64,000 nt of DNA, taken from the NCBI RefSeq assembly GCF_009914755.1, contig NC_060931.1; one strand, 5' to 3'. Position 1 is the stretch's first letter; every line of letters starts with the position of its first letter. The translations under genes were made by a program, and so were the position numbers. This DNA is from the human T2T-CHM13v2.0 reference genome, Homo sapiens. The notes beneath the pieces were generated by a model. The model was not told the DNA's origin, did no database searches, and saw nothing but the letters and a program-made list of their open reading frames with translations. This document shows, piece after piece, positions 20,336 to 34,126 of the stretch.

Positions 20336-23300
20336 GAATTCTGAGAGATTAGTATGGTGGATAGGAGACAGGACTAGCGTGTAGCTCCCGCTCAGACAGA
20401 CACAACAGTGTGTGGAGACTCACATTGTGAACTTTTGCTCCAAGAACTACCACAGGAACATACCAGGAAAGCCAAGAGAATCCACAGACCTTTTGAAGGA
20501 ACTGGATCACTGCTGCAGGCTCCCTGAGACACTGAAAAACTGTGAGTCCGCTTGCTTTCTCAACAGGGAGTCTTGTGGTCTGGGCAAGTTGTCAGCCCTG
20601 GTCACTGGCGGCCTGGAAATAGACAGTGCTGTTGTGGGGCCTGGTGGGAGTGAAACCAGCCTTTAGGACTGCAGGCTGTGTGGGAGCAGGGTGAGGTCTG
20701 TGATTGCTGGTTTTCCCCTACTTCCCCGGTGACCTGTATGACTCAGCAGAGGCAGCCAGAATCCCCCTGGTAATATAACTTTATGGACTGGGAACCACAC
20801 CCCCAATACCCCACAGCAGCCACAGCAAGCCCCAACCAAGAAGAGACTGAGCTCAGACATGCCTATCCTTGCACCTACCTGGTGGTCTTTCTCTACCCTC
20901 CCTGGCAGCTAAAGACAAAGGTCATAATCTCTTGAGAGCATGATGGCCCTGCCCACTGCCTGTGAAACCTGAATACTTAACCAGGTGTCCCTAGGGCAAA
21001 GTTTGCATCTTCCCTGTAGGACTGCAGCTGATGTGCTCTTGAAAGCGCCACCTCCTGGCTCGAGGCCAACCAACACAAAACCAGTACACTAAACAAAAAC
21101 ACAACCAAGGACCCTCACAGGGTCCACTTCACTCCCCTGCTACCTCCACCAAAGCAAGTGCTGGTATCCATGGCTGCAAGACCTGAAGCTGGATCACATC
21201 ACAGGACTCTTTGCAGACACTCCCCAGTACCAGCCTGGAGCCTGGGAGCTCTGCAGGGTGGCTAGACCCAGACGGACAAAAACAATCACTACAGTTCAGC
21301 TCTCAGGAAGCCCCATTCCTAGGGGAAGGGGGAGAACACCACATCAAGGGAGCACAGTGTGGGACAAAATATTCTGAACAGCAGCCCTTGAACCTAAGAG
21401 CTTCCCTCTGACATAGTCTGCCCAAATGAGAAGGACCAGGAAAACAATTCTGGTAATATGAAAAAACCAGGTTCTTTAACATTCCCAGAAAATCATACCA
21501 GCTCACCAGCAATGGATCCAAAATGAGATGAAATCTCTGAATTGACAGAAAGAGTTTAGAAGGATGATTATTAAGCTAATCAAGGAGGCATCTGAGAAAG
21601 GTGAAGTCCCACTTAAAGAAAAAAAAAAAAACATGATACAGGATATAAAGGAAAATTCTTCAGTGAAATAGCATAAATAAAAAATAATCACAACTTTTGG
21701 AAATCAAGGACACACTTAGAGAAATGCAAAATGCACTGGAATGTCTCATCAATAGAATCAAACAAGCAGAAGAAAGAACTTCAGAGCTTGAAGATAAGGC
21801 TTTCAAATTAACCCAATCCATCAAAGACAAAGAAAAAAGAATTTTAAAAAATGAGCAAAGACTCCAAGAAGTTTGGGACTATGTTAAATGTCCAAACTTA
21901 AGAATAATTGGTGTTCACAAGGAAGAAGAGAAATCTAAAAGCTTGGAAAATATATTTGAGGGAATAATCAATAAAAGTGTCCCTGGCCTTGCTAGAGATC
22001 TCGACATCCAAATACAAGAAGCTCAAAGAACATCTGGGAAACTCGTCACAAAAAGATAATTTCCTAGGCACATGGTCACCAGTTTATCTAAAGTCAAGAT
22101 GAAGGAAAGAATCTTAAGAACTGAGGCAAAAGCATCAGGTAATATAAAGGAAAACCTATCAGATTAACAGCAGATTTCTCATCAGAAACCTTACAAGCTA
22201 GAAGGGACTGGGGTCCCATTTTTAGCCTTCTTAAAAAAAATTATCAGCCAGGCGTGGTGGCTCACGCCTGTAATCCCAGCACTTTGGGAGGCTGAGGTGG
22301 GTGGGTCATGAGGTCAGGAGTTCGAGACCAGCCTGACCAACATGGTGAAACCCCGTCTCTACTAAAAATACAAAAATTAGCCAGGCCTGGTGGCACGAGC
22401 CTGTAATCCCAGCTACTTGGGAGGCTGAGACAGGATAATCGCTTGAACCCGGGAGGCAGAGGTTGCAGGAGCCGAGATCATGCCATTGCACTCCAGCTGG
22501 GGCAACAGAGTGAGACTCCATCTCAAAAAAAAAAAAAATTATCAGCCAAGAATTTTGTATGCAGTGAAAGTAAGGCTTCATAAATGAAGGAAAGATATAG
22601 TCTTTTCCAGATAAACAAATGCTGAGAGAATTCGCTACTACCAAGACAGCACTACAAGAACTGCTAAAAGGAACTAAAATCTTGAACAAATCCTCAAAAT
22701 ACACCAAAATAGAACCTCCTTAAAGAATAAATCTCACAGGACCTATATAACAATAACACAATGAAAAATAACCGAAAGTATTCAAACAACAAATAACACA
22801 ATGAATAGAATAGTACCTCGCATCTCAATACTAACATTGAATATAAATGGCCTAAATGCTCCACTTAAATGATACAGAATGGCAGAATGGATAATAATTC
22901 ACCAAGTTTCTGCCATCTTCAAGAGACTCACCTAACACATAGGGACTCACATAAACTTAAGGTAAAGGGGTAGAAAAAGATATTCCATGCAAATGGACAC
23001 CAAAAGCAAGCAGGAATAGCTATTCTTACATTGGACAAAACAAACTTTAAAGCAACAGCAGTTAAAAAAGACAAAGAGGAACACTATACAATGATAAAAG
23101 GACTAGTCCAACAGGAAAATATCACAATTCTAAATATGCACGCACCTAACACTGGTACTTCAAATTTATAAAACAATTACTACTAGACCTAAGAAACGAG
23201 ATGGATGGCAACGCAATAATAGTGGGGGAATTTAATACTCCATTGACAGCACTAGACAGGTCATTAAGACAGAAAGTCAAAAAAGAAACAATAGACTTAA

Positions 23301-26300
23301 AGTATACCCTACAACAAATGGACTTAACGATTTTTACAGAACATTCTACCCAACAACTGCAGAATATACATTCTATTCATCATTACATAGAACATTCTCC
23401 AAGATAGACCTTATGATAGGCCACAAAATAAGTCTCAGTAAATTTAAGAAAATTGAAATTATATCAAGTACTCTCTCAGACCACAGTGGAATAAAATTGG
23501 AAATCAATCCAAAAGGAACCCTCAAAACCATGCAATAACATGAAAATTCAATAACCTGCTCCTGAATGATCATTGGGTCAACAATGAAATCAAGATGGAA
23601 ATTTAAAAATTCTTTGAACTGAACAATAACAGTGACACAACCTATCAAAACCTCTAAGATACAGCAGAGGCAGTGCTAAGAGGAAAGGTCATAGCGTTAA
23701 ATGCCTATATCAAAAAGTCCGAAAGAGTACAAATAGACAATCTAAGGTCACACCTCATGGAGCTGGAGAAACAAGAAAAATCTAAACCCAAACCCAGCAG
23801 AAGAAAAGAAATAACCAAGATCAGAGCAGAACTAAATGAAATTAAAACAAACAAACAAAAGTACAAAAGATTAATGAAACAAAAAGCTGGTTCTTTGGAA
23901 AGATAAATAAAATTGATAGACCGTTAGTGAGATTAACCAAGAAAAGAAGAGAGAAGATCCAAATAAGCTCAACTGGAAACGAAATGGGAGATATTACAAC
24001 TGATAACACAGAAATACAAAGGATTATTGAGGCTGCTATAAACACCTTTATGTGCATAAACTAGAAAACCAAGAGGAGATGGATGGATAAATTTGTGGAA
24101 ATATACAGTCCTTCAAGATTAAACCAGGAAGACATAGAATCTCTGAACAGACCAATAACAAACAATGAGATTGAAATGGTAATAGAAAAATAACCAGCAA
24201 AAAAAAGTCCAGGAACAGATGGATTCACAACTTAATTCTATCAGACATTCAAAGAAGAAATGGTACCAATCCTATTGACACTATTCCAAAAGATAGAGAG
24301 AATCCTCCCTAAATCATTCTATGAAGCCAGTAACACCTGAATACCAAAACCAGGGAAGGACATAACAAAAAAAGAAAACTACGGACTGATATCCCTGATG
24401 AATACAGATGCAAATATCTTCAACAAAATACTAGCTACCTCAATCCAATAGGATATTAAAAAGATAATCCACCATGATCAGGTAGTATTCATGCCAGAGA
24501 TGCAGGGATGGTTTAACATACATAAATCAATAAATGTGATACACCACACAAACAGAATTAAAAACAAAAATCACATGGTCATCTCAGTAGATGCAGAAAA
24601 AGCATTTGACAAAACCAGCATCAAAATCCTCAGCAAAATTGGCATAGAAGGGACATACCTTAAGGTAATAAAAGCCATCTATGACAAACTGACAGTCAAC
24701 ATTATACTGAACAGGGAAAAGTTGAAAGCATTCCCAGTGAGAACTGGAACAAGACAAGGATGCTCACTTTCACCACTTCTACTCAACATAGTACGGGAAG
24801 TCCTAGCCAGAGCAATCAGACAAGAGAGAAATAAAGGGCACCCAAATCAGTAAAGAGGAAGTCAAATTGTCACTGTTTTTGATGATATGATCGTATATCT
24901 AGAAATCCCTAAAGACTCATCCAAAAAGCTCCTAGAACTGGTAAATGAATTCAGCAGGGTTTCAGGATACAAAATTAATGTACACAAATCAGTAGCTCTA
25001 CTGTACACCAACAATGACCAAGCTGAGAATCAAATCAAGAACTCAGTTCCCTTTACAACACCTGCAAAAAAATTAAATACTTAGGAATATACCTAACCAA
25101 GGATGTGAAAGACCTCTACAAGGAAAACTACAAAACACTGCTGAAAGAAATCATAAGCGACACATGCAAAAAAAACAAACACATCCCTTGCTCATGGATG
25201 GGTACGATCAATATTGTGAAAATGAACAAACCGCCAAAAGCAACCTACAGATTCAATGCAATTCCCATCAAAATACCACCATTATCCTTCACAGAGCTAG
25301 AAAAAACAATCTTAAAATTCATATGGAACCAAAACCCACATAGCCAAAGCAAGACGAAGCAAAAAGAACAAATCTGGAGGCATCACATTATCTGACTCCC
25401 AACTATACTATAAGGCCATAGTCACCAAAGTAGCATGGTACTGGTATAAAAACAGGCACATAGTCCAATGGAACAGAATAGAAAACCCAGAAAGAAAGCA
25501 AAATACAGCCAACTGATCTTCCGTAAAGCAAACAAAAACACAAAGTGGGGAAAGCACATCCTATTCAACGAATGGTGCTGGAATAATTGGCAACCCACAT
25601 ACAGAAGAATGAAACTGAATCTTCATTTTTCATCTTACACAAAAATCAACTCAAGATGGATCAAGACTGAAATCTAAGACCTGAAACCATAAAGATTCTG
25701 GAAGATAACTCAGAAAAACCCTTCCAGACATTGGCTTAGGCAAAGACTCCATGAGCAAGAACCCAAAAGCAAATGCAACAAAAGAAAGATAAATAGATGG
25801 GACCTAATTAAATGAAAAAGCTTCAGCACAGCAAAAGAAATAATCAGCAGAGTAAACAGACAACCCACAGAGTGGGAGAAAATTTTCGTAAACTATGCAT
25901 CTGACAAAGGACTAATATCCAGAATCTACAAAGAACTCAAACAATCAGCAAGAAAAAAACAACAACAAACAATCCCATTAAAAAAGCGGGCTAAGGACAT
26001 GAATAGACAATTCTCAAAAGAAGATATACAAATGGCCAACAAACATATGGAAAAATGCTCAACATCACTAATTATCAGGGAAATGCAAATCAAAACCACA
26101 ATGCGATACCACCTTACTCCTGCAAGGATGGCCATAATAAAAAAAAATAGATGTTGGCATGGATGCAATGAAAAGGGAACACTTTTACACTGTTTGTGGG
26201 AATGTAAACTAGTATAACCACTATGGAAAACAATATGGAGATTCCTTAAAGAACTAAAAGGAGATCTACTATTTGATCCAGCAATCCCACTACTAGGTAT

Positions 26301-26830
26301 CTACCCAGAGGAAAATAAGTCATTATACAAAAAAGAAACTTGCACATACATGTTTATAGCAGCACAATTTACAATAGCAAAAATATGGCACCAGTCAAAA
26401 GGCCCATCAATCAACGAGTGGATAAAGAAAATGTGGCATATATATACCATGGAATACTATTCAGGCATAAAAAGGAACAAAATAATGGCATTCGCAGCAG
26501 CCTGGATGGAAATGGGGACTATTATTCTAAGTAAAGTAACTCAAGAATGAAAAACCAAACTTTGCATGTTCTCACTCATATGTGGGAGCTAAGCTATGAG
26601 GACACAAAGGCATAAGAATGATACATTGGACTTGGGGACTCAGGGGAAAGGGTGGGGGATGGTGAGGGATAACAGACTACACATTGGGTACAGTGTACAC
26701 TGCTCGGGTGATGGGTACACCAAAATCTCAGAAATCACCACTAAAGAACTTATTCATGTAAACAAACACAACCTGTTCCCCAAAAGCGATTGAAATACAA
26801 AAATAAATAATAAACACTCGGAAAAAAAAA
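20336..26830 (+). mobile_element. Full-length L1PB1-like LINE (ORFs disrupted)
   Basis: L1PB-type 5' UTR, ORF1 and ORF2 fragments in the ORF track, L1PB1-type 3' UTR and A tail; TSD AAAATAGCC(A/T)CAAGTA at 20320-20335 and 26828-26843. Confidence 0.92.
22247..22538 (+). mobile_element. AluS in L1PB1 ORF1
   Basis: TSD AAAAAAAATTATCA on both sides. Confidence 0.95.
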
Positions 26831-26912
26831 ATAGCCTCAAGTAACTACTGGCTACAGTATTTGAAAGGCACACCTCTAAATCTTAATTTTTTTCCTTTCT
26901 AAAATGGGAGTA

Positions 26913-27230
26913 GGCATGTGCAGTGGCTCACATCTGCAATCCCAGCACTTTGTGAGGCCAAGGTGGAGCCCAAGAGTTCAAGAGCATCCTGATCATCATG
27001 GGGAGACTCTTGTCTCTACAAAAAGTAATAATAATAACAAAAAATAGCCAGGTGTGGTGTCACATGTCTGTGGTCCCAGCTATTTGGGAGGCTGAGGCAG
27101 GAGGATGGCTTGAGCCCAGGAGCTTGAGCTGCAGTGAGCCGTGTTCTCACCACTTGCACTCCAGTTGGGGCGACAGAGCAAGACCCTATCTCAAAAATAC
27201 ATACATACATACATACGTACATACATAAAT
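26913..27230 (+). mobile_element. AluJ with (ATAC)n tail
   Basis: J-type GAGCCCAGGAG; degenerate TSD TAAAAT(GG/CA)GAGTA. Confidence 0.9.
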
Positions 27231-28339
27231 ATAAAATCAGAGTAATAGTTATAATCAAATTCTTGACCAAAGGATCAGATAATACATGTGAACTTTGAAA
27301 AACTAAAAAATACAAGTATTACTTTATGTAGATAACTATTTTATTATTGTTTTATACTCAAGAATTTCTATCATTTTGAATCAGAGGAAAATGGAATAAG
27401 CAGCCTGAGAAAACTGAGTTCCCCATATCTGGTAGAGTTTTGAGGCTGTCTGGCAATAAAGAACAAAAATATCCCGTAGAGTTAAGCTAAATCATCCCTC
27501 TATTACCTGCAGAGACCTTCCCTGGGAGGTCCTCTTTGACTCCCTGGACTGAATTAATGGTCCTCTAGGTATAACCATGACACTTTTCACACTGTATTGT
27601 AAAAAAAAGTGGTCTGTCTGCTCAACTTTACCCAAGAACAGGTGCCTCTGATCCCCGTGTCCTTCCGGTTGTCAACCGCTGGGTACATAGTATATCCTCA
27701 ATCTGTATTTGTTGAATAATTCACTAGCACTGTATTCGTGAGGGTATGGTTCTCCGGATAACTTAAGTAACTACTAATCTGTGGTAAACAGAACAGCTCT
27801 TTAAGGACGATGCAGATGAATACTGGCTGCTGTAACGGCCCAGTTGGTGCATCTCGGATGCCAGGAGGCGGTCCAGTGCTGATCTCTTTCTTTTGCCCTT
27901 CCCTCCCGCCCTTCCAGTCTGTGGGATATAGAGGACCTCACAGTCACGAGGTCGCGACGGTCCGTGCCGTCGTGGAGACAAGCGGGACACGGAGAGAGAA
28001 CTACATTTCCCAGCTGACTCTCCTGCGCGCGCCCTTGCCTGCGCGCGGGGGGCGAGTGCACCGGGCGCTCGCTCCCTGCCGAGCTCTTGTCGCCCGCCCG
28101 AGCCTTTGCCAGGGGATGAGGTGGGAGGCGCTAGAAACCACTTAGCTACAGCCAACCGCCCAATGCAGCACTCGCTCGCTCCCCCCGCCAGCGGAAGCGT
28201 CCGCGAAGCACAATGCAGCACTGAGCCGCGGTGGAGGTTGCAGCGCCACGGCCGCCGCAGCACCGGCCGGGGCTGGGTGGAGGTGGCCGCGGGGACCCCG
28301 GGGGCGCGGAGCGAGGGAAACGGACTCGGCGGCGCCGGC

Positions 28340-28351
28340 ATGAGGAGCTGA
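28340..28351 (+). other. ADAM22: Short uORF (Met-Arg-Ser-stop) upstream of the ADAM22 start
   Basis: GGC ATG AGG AGC TGA, 45 nt before the main ATG; purine at -3. Confidence 0.55.
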
Positions 28352-28384
28352 GCGTCTCGGGCGAGGCGGGCTGACGGCAGCACC

Positions 28385-28469
28385 ATGCAGGCGGCAGTGG
28401 CTGTGTCCGTGCCCTTCTTGCTGCTCTGTGTCCTGGGGACCTGCCCTCCGGCGCGCTGCGGCCAGGCAG
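28385..28469 (+). CDS. ADAM22: ADAM22 coding exon 1 (signal peptide)
   Basis: Kozak-like CACCATG; [28 protein letters not shown]; donor CAG|GTAAGT; 85 nt, phase 1. Confidence 0.97.
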
Positions 28470-28696
28470 GTAAGTTAGCCGTCCTCTGTGCCTTTGGGCC
28501 ATACCATTTCCCGGGAATCTTTGGAGCCCTCAGGCGTATTGAAAAGGGGGCATCCCCATTTCCCGAGTGCGCGGGGAGATTTTTTTTTTTTTTTTTTTAA
28601 TTCGGGAGGGTGGTGAGAAGTGGAGCAAAAATATATGTGTGGAGGCGCGCAGATGCACTGGAAGCCTTCGGTCAAAGCCTGTTTTTCTCCTTCTGA

Positions 28697-29209
<513 letters not shown>

Positions 29210-30716
29210 TGAGTTGGGTCCCGATGCGAGTCATGCATGGCGCTCCCTGTGCAAAAAAGAAGGGGAAAAGGGTACAAAAAAGAACCAAAATAACCACAGG
29301 CCGAGGGCTTTGCCCGAGGGGAGTTTGTGCGGGGTGCCTTCAGCAGTGCGGTGAGCTGAGAGAACAGGCGGAGAGCCCTCTGACATCTGTCAAGCAAAAG
29401 CCAGGCATGCACAGCGAGAAGGGAGGTAGTATTTGGGCAGGGTTTGAATCATCATTGTTGTTGTTTTACTCCTCAAAGAGACTTCATAAGTGATTTAACC
29501 CAAGGTTGACACTGTAAGAAAAAATTGGAAAAAAACAAGGCTAGACGTTCTTAAGAAACCCAACTGTAAAAACAAGCTGAACTTTAAGGTTCTATTCGCA
29601 CACATTTGTGGACACCAGAGATATGCCCATTCACCCCTACCTTCTAGAAAAGGTGTCCTCCTCCGACTTTCTTTATTGGTAGCAGTTCTCTTGGTTTAAT
29701 TAGGGCTGTGCTGTTTGTTGAGCATTTATAAATTATGTTTTTAAAAATCTAGTTTTTATCACTGTATCTGTATTTAAATCAAGATCACACATTCACAGAT
29801 ATGCCTGAAAATTACTGTGAATTTATTGACAAATTTAAGTAAATACTTCTGGGGCTGTGTATTTTTTTATTTCTACACATCAGCTGATCAGGCAGTTCAC
29901 CCACCTGTAAGTCCATATTAAGATAGGACTTGTTCATGTACTTGAAAATTTTTGTAAACTTTACTGAAGCAATGGCAAGCCAAACCTTTTCACATGTATA
30001 AATATATTCATCAGTGCTTTAAGATATATCTTGATGATGTGATAATTATACTAACTTATCTGTATGTGTGAAATATGTAAAAATAGAAAATATTACTTAA
30101 ATCTGTATTTGTAGCCAAGTAGTTGGTACTGTTAACATTTTGTTAATAGAAGGTGGGAAATTAGCTTAAAGGGCTACATAATATCCATCAAAGATTATTT
30201 TAGTAGAAAATCCCAATATGTTAAGCTTTTAATGATGGATTCTTTTATGTGAATTAATGGTTGGTAAATGCCTATTTTCCTTTTCCATTTTGACTCGTTT
30301 CAATGGTAAAACTGAAGAAGCAGGGGCCATAGTTTCCCTATGTCATCGTATTTTTCAATTAATTAAGATTATTTCTGTGGAAGGATATTTTCACACCATT
30401 TGCAACCTTTTATTATAAAAAATTTCAAACACAAAAGAGTAGGATAAATTAATGAACCCCCAGCTCCAACAATTAGCAACTCATGGCCAATCTTGTTTTG
30501 TCTATACCCTACGTATTTCTTTTTCTATTTCCTTTCCCTCTCTATATTGTATTGAAGCAAATCATATCATTTCATTCATAAAAATTATAGGAATTTACCA
30601 CTAAACAGTAAGGATTCTTTTAAAAATGCAACCATGTTACTGTATTTTCAAAAATTAGGAGTAATTTCTTACTACTATCAAATATCCTGTTTTTCAAATT
30701 TCCAGTTCTCGTAAAT

Positions 30717-30805
30717 ATGTATGTATATATGTATATGTATGTGTGTGAATGTTTATATGTGTGTGTATATATATTATATATATATATATATAGAGAGAGA
30801 GAGTA
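30717..30805. repeat. (TA)/(TG)/(GA) compound microsatellite within an old L1M 3' remnant
   Basis: Direct reading. Confidence 0.8.
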
Positions 30806-30877
30806 TATTTAGAGTATATATTTAAGTAAGTTTGTCTGGACCAGGACCCAGATAATGTCTGTAGATTGCAATTAGTT

Positions 30878-31177
30878 TATTTATTTATTTTTTGTGACAG
30901 GGTCTCACTCTGTCACCCAGACAGGAGTGCAGTAGCACGATTATGGCTCACAGCAGCCTTGACCTCTTGGGCCCCAGTGATCCTTCCACCTCAGCTTCCT
31001 GAGTAGCTTGGATTACAGGCATGTGCCACCTTATCTGGCTAATTAAAAATTTGTTTTTGTAAAGATGGGATTTCACCATGTTGCGCAGGCTGGCCTTGAA
31101 CTCCTGGGCTCAAATCATCTGCTGGCCTCGGCCTCCCAAAATGCTGGGATTACAGGTGTGAGTTGTGGGGGCCTAGC
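30878..31177 (-). mobile_element. AluJ
   Basis: Reverse dimer with J diagnostics. Confidence 0.9.
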
Positions 31178-32116
31178 CTGTTTTTCTGTTTTCTAAAAGG
31201 TCTTTTAATGTGTGGTTCTTTCCCCTCTATTTCTTTTTTTTCCCCTTGCAATTTTTTCAGTGAAGACATGGAGTCTTTCATCTTGTAGAGTTGCTCAGAG
31301 TCAAGATTTTGCTGTTGTAGCCAGTGCTTTAAAACAATTCACAAAGACTTTCTAGGAGAGGAAGAGAGACTGAGGGAAGAAGAGATACAGAAAAAGAAAA
31401 TGACAGGATTGAACCTGGAAACTCACAGAATCTCTGACTCATGCTGGAAATGTCTTTGGGTACCTCTTGCCTTTTCTGTGTTGGTGAAAGACCACCACTT
31501 TTGAAAAGTGGAGGAGGTCAGTCCTCCTTTTCTCCCCATTTATGGAGCACCACTTGTGCAGTTTTTTGATTCACAGGAGTCTTGACTTGGGGTGGAAAGC
31601 TATTTTGGGTTCATAGAGCTTCTACTCCCTATAGCAATAAACATCACAATAGAGAAGAATGACTGGTTTTTGGTGAAGTATGAATGAATTGGTAGGATTT
31701 AGGTTTAAAAGTATGAATAGATGATTAATTCAAGTCAGAAATGAAAGCAATGATACCATCTTATAGTAATTATTACAAAACGTTATCCCAGTGCCTGGGA
31801 TATGTGTACATAGTAAGGTACACATAGTACATGTTGATGTCTCTATCACTTGGGAGCCACTGCACTTTACCATGCTGCTTAAACTACAGGTGGAAATCAT
31901 TGACAACTAGGACCAAATCTGACAAAATTTTAAAGACCTGTTTATCTTAGGCCAACTTTTCCTACAGTTAGGAAACAGAGGAGTTTTCTTGCACTATTGG
32001 CATTTCTAGTTTCCCTAAGAGCAATCATTGGATTGAAAAACATAAGTTGATTTTTTATGGCCCTTGTTATTTCTCTAATACTTAAATAGTTCTAATTTAT
32101 GGCATTTTAATTTTAG

Positions 32117-32476
<360 letters not shown>

Positions 32477-32551
32477 TAAATAAAATCAGGGTGATTTTCT
32501 GTGAACTCAAAAAGCTTATATAGATTTGTTGATTTGTTTCTTTAAAAGGCA

Positions 32552-32868
<317 letters not shown>

Positions 32869-33832
32869 CTAAAAGGCATTTATTTATTTGTGCTCCTACT
32901 CTGTACCAATTTTTATGCAAGACTGTGGGCATTTAGAGATAAAAGACACAGTTTTCTTTTAAGGAATTCTTAAAGACGTGGAAGATGAGTGGGTGAATAA
33001 ACAGTTATACTTTGCCTTGTGATTTTCTGGAGGTGATCACAGAGGCCAGCGGAGGCAGAGAAGGCTAGTACTTAACCCAGGTGAGCAGTCAGGGTGGGAT
33101 CTCTGGGGAAGCCGTGTTTCAAGGGTGAGTTTGGAATTGCTGCATTAAAAGGAAGGGTGAGCATATCCAACCAAAGAGGCAGTAAGTACATAGGTACATG
33201 GGAATCAGGGTATGTTTTTGTTAATTGCAAATAGTAAAGATTTCAGGGACAGATAAGATAAAACAGGAAAGCAAAGAGTAGATGCTGTGGCACTTTCATG
33301 ACTTGCTGAGGAATTTGGAATTTGTCCTGAAGGCAGTCAAAGGATTTCAGTTAGGAGAGTTAACTGACCAGATTCATGTTATTGTCAGATAATCCTAATT
33401 GTTAGAATGAATAATTTTAATTTCAAAGAGCACGTGACTGTAGCTGTGTACTTTAGTTCACTAGTAAATGTTCACATAATCTTTAAGAATCATAAGAACT
33501 TAGTAAATATACTGAAAATAACTATAAATGAGTTAATATTTATAATGCACTTACAACAATGCTGGGCATAGAGTAAGCACTATATGAGTCTTTGTTAAAT
33601 AACATTAACTCCTTCAGGCTGCTTGAGTACTATTTAGATATTTTATGACATCACTTGAATGCAAAATGGTGCCTTAATTACCTGAGTTTAACATAGTCCC
33701 AGAAGTATGTTAGAAATTACTCAAATTTATATTTAACTAAGTGGAATCAAATAGTCCTAGAGATAGAAGAGAACTTATAGGTTATCTAACCTAATTCAGG
33801 AATTACTTTTCACTTGTTAAGAGCAAGCCATT

Positions 33833-34126
<294 letters not shown>

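Larger units (their letters stand above)
20169..26872 (+). mobile_element. MER3 hAT-Charlie element split by L1PB1 (20169-20335 and 26828-26872)
   Basis: CAGTGCTGTC..TCCAATAGAACTTTTCTGC...AAATAGCCAC, resuming with ..TGGCTACAGTATTTGAAAGGCAC. Confidence 0.8.
20065..27325 (+). mobile_element. MIR split into pieces (about 20065-20168, 26873-26912, 27232-27325) by nested insertions
   Basis: GGGCAAGTCGTTTAAACTCT ... TTTCCTTTCTAAAATGGGAGTA ... GATAATACATGTGAA are colinear with the MIR core. Confidence 0.6.

Noticed and set aside
28378-28398. REST/RE1-like CAGCACCATG at the ADAM22 start
   Set aside because: Only the left half-site matches; the GGACAG right half is absent.
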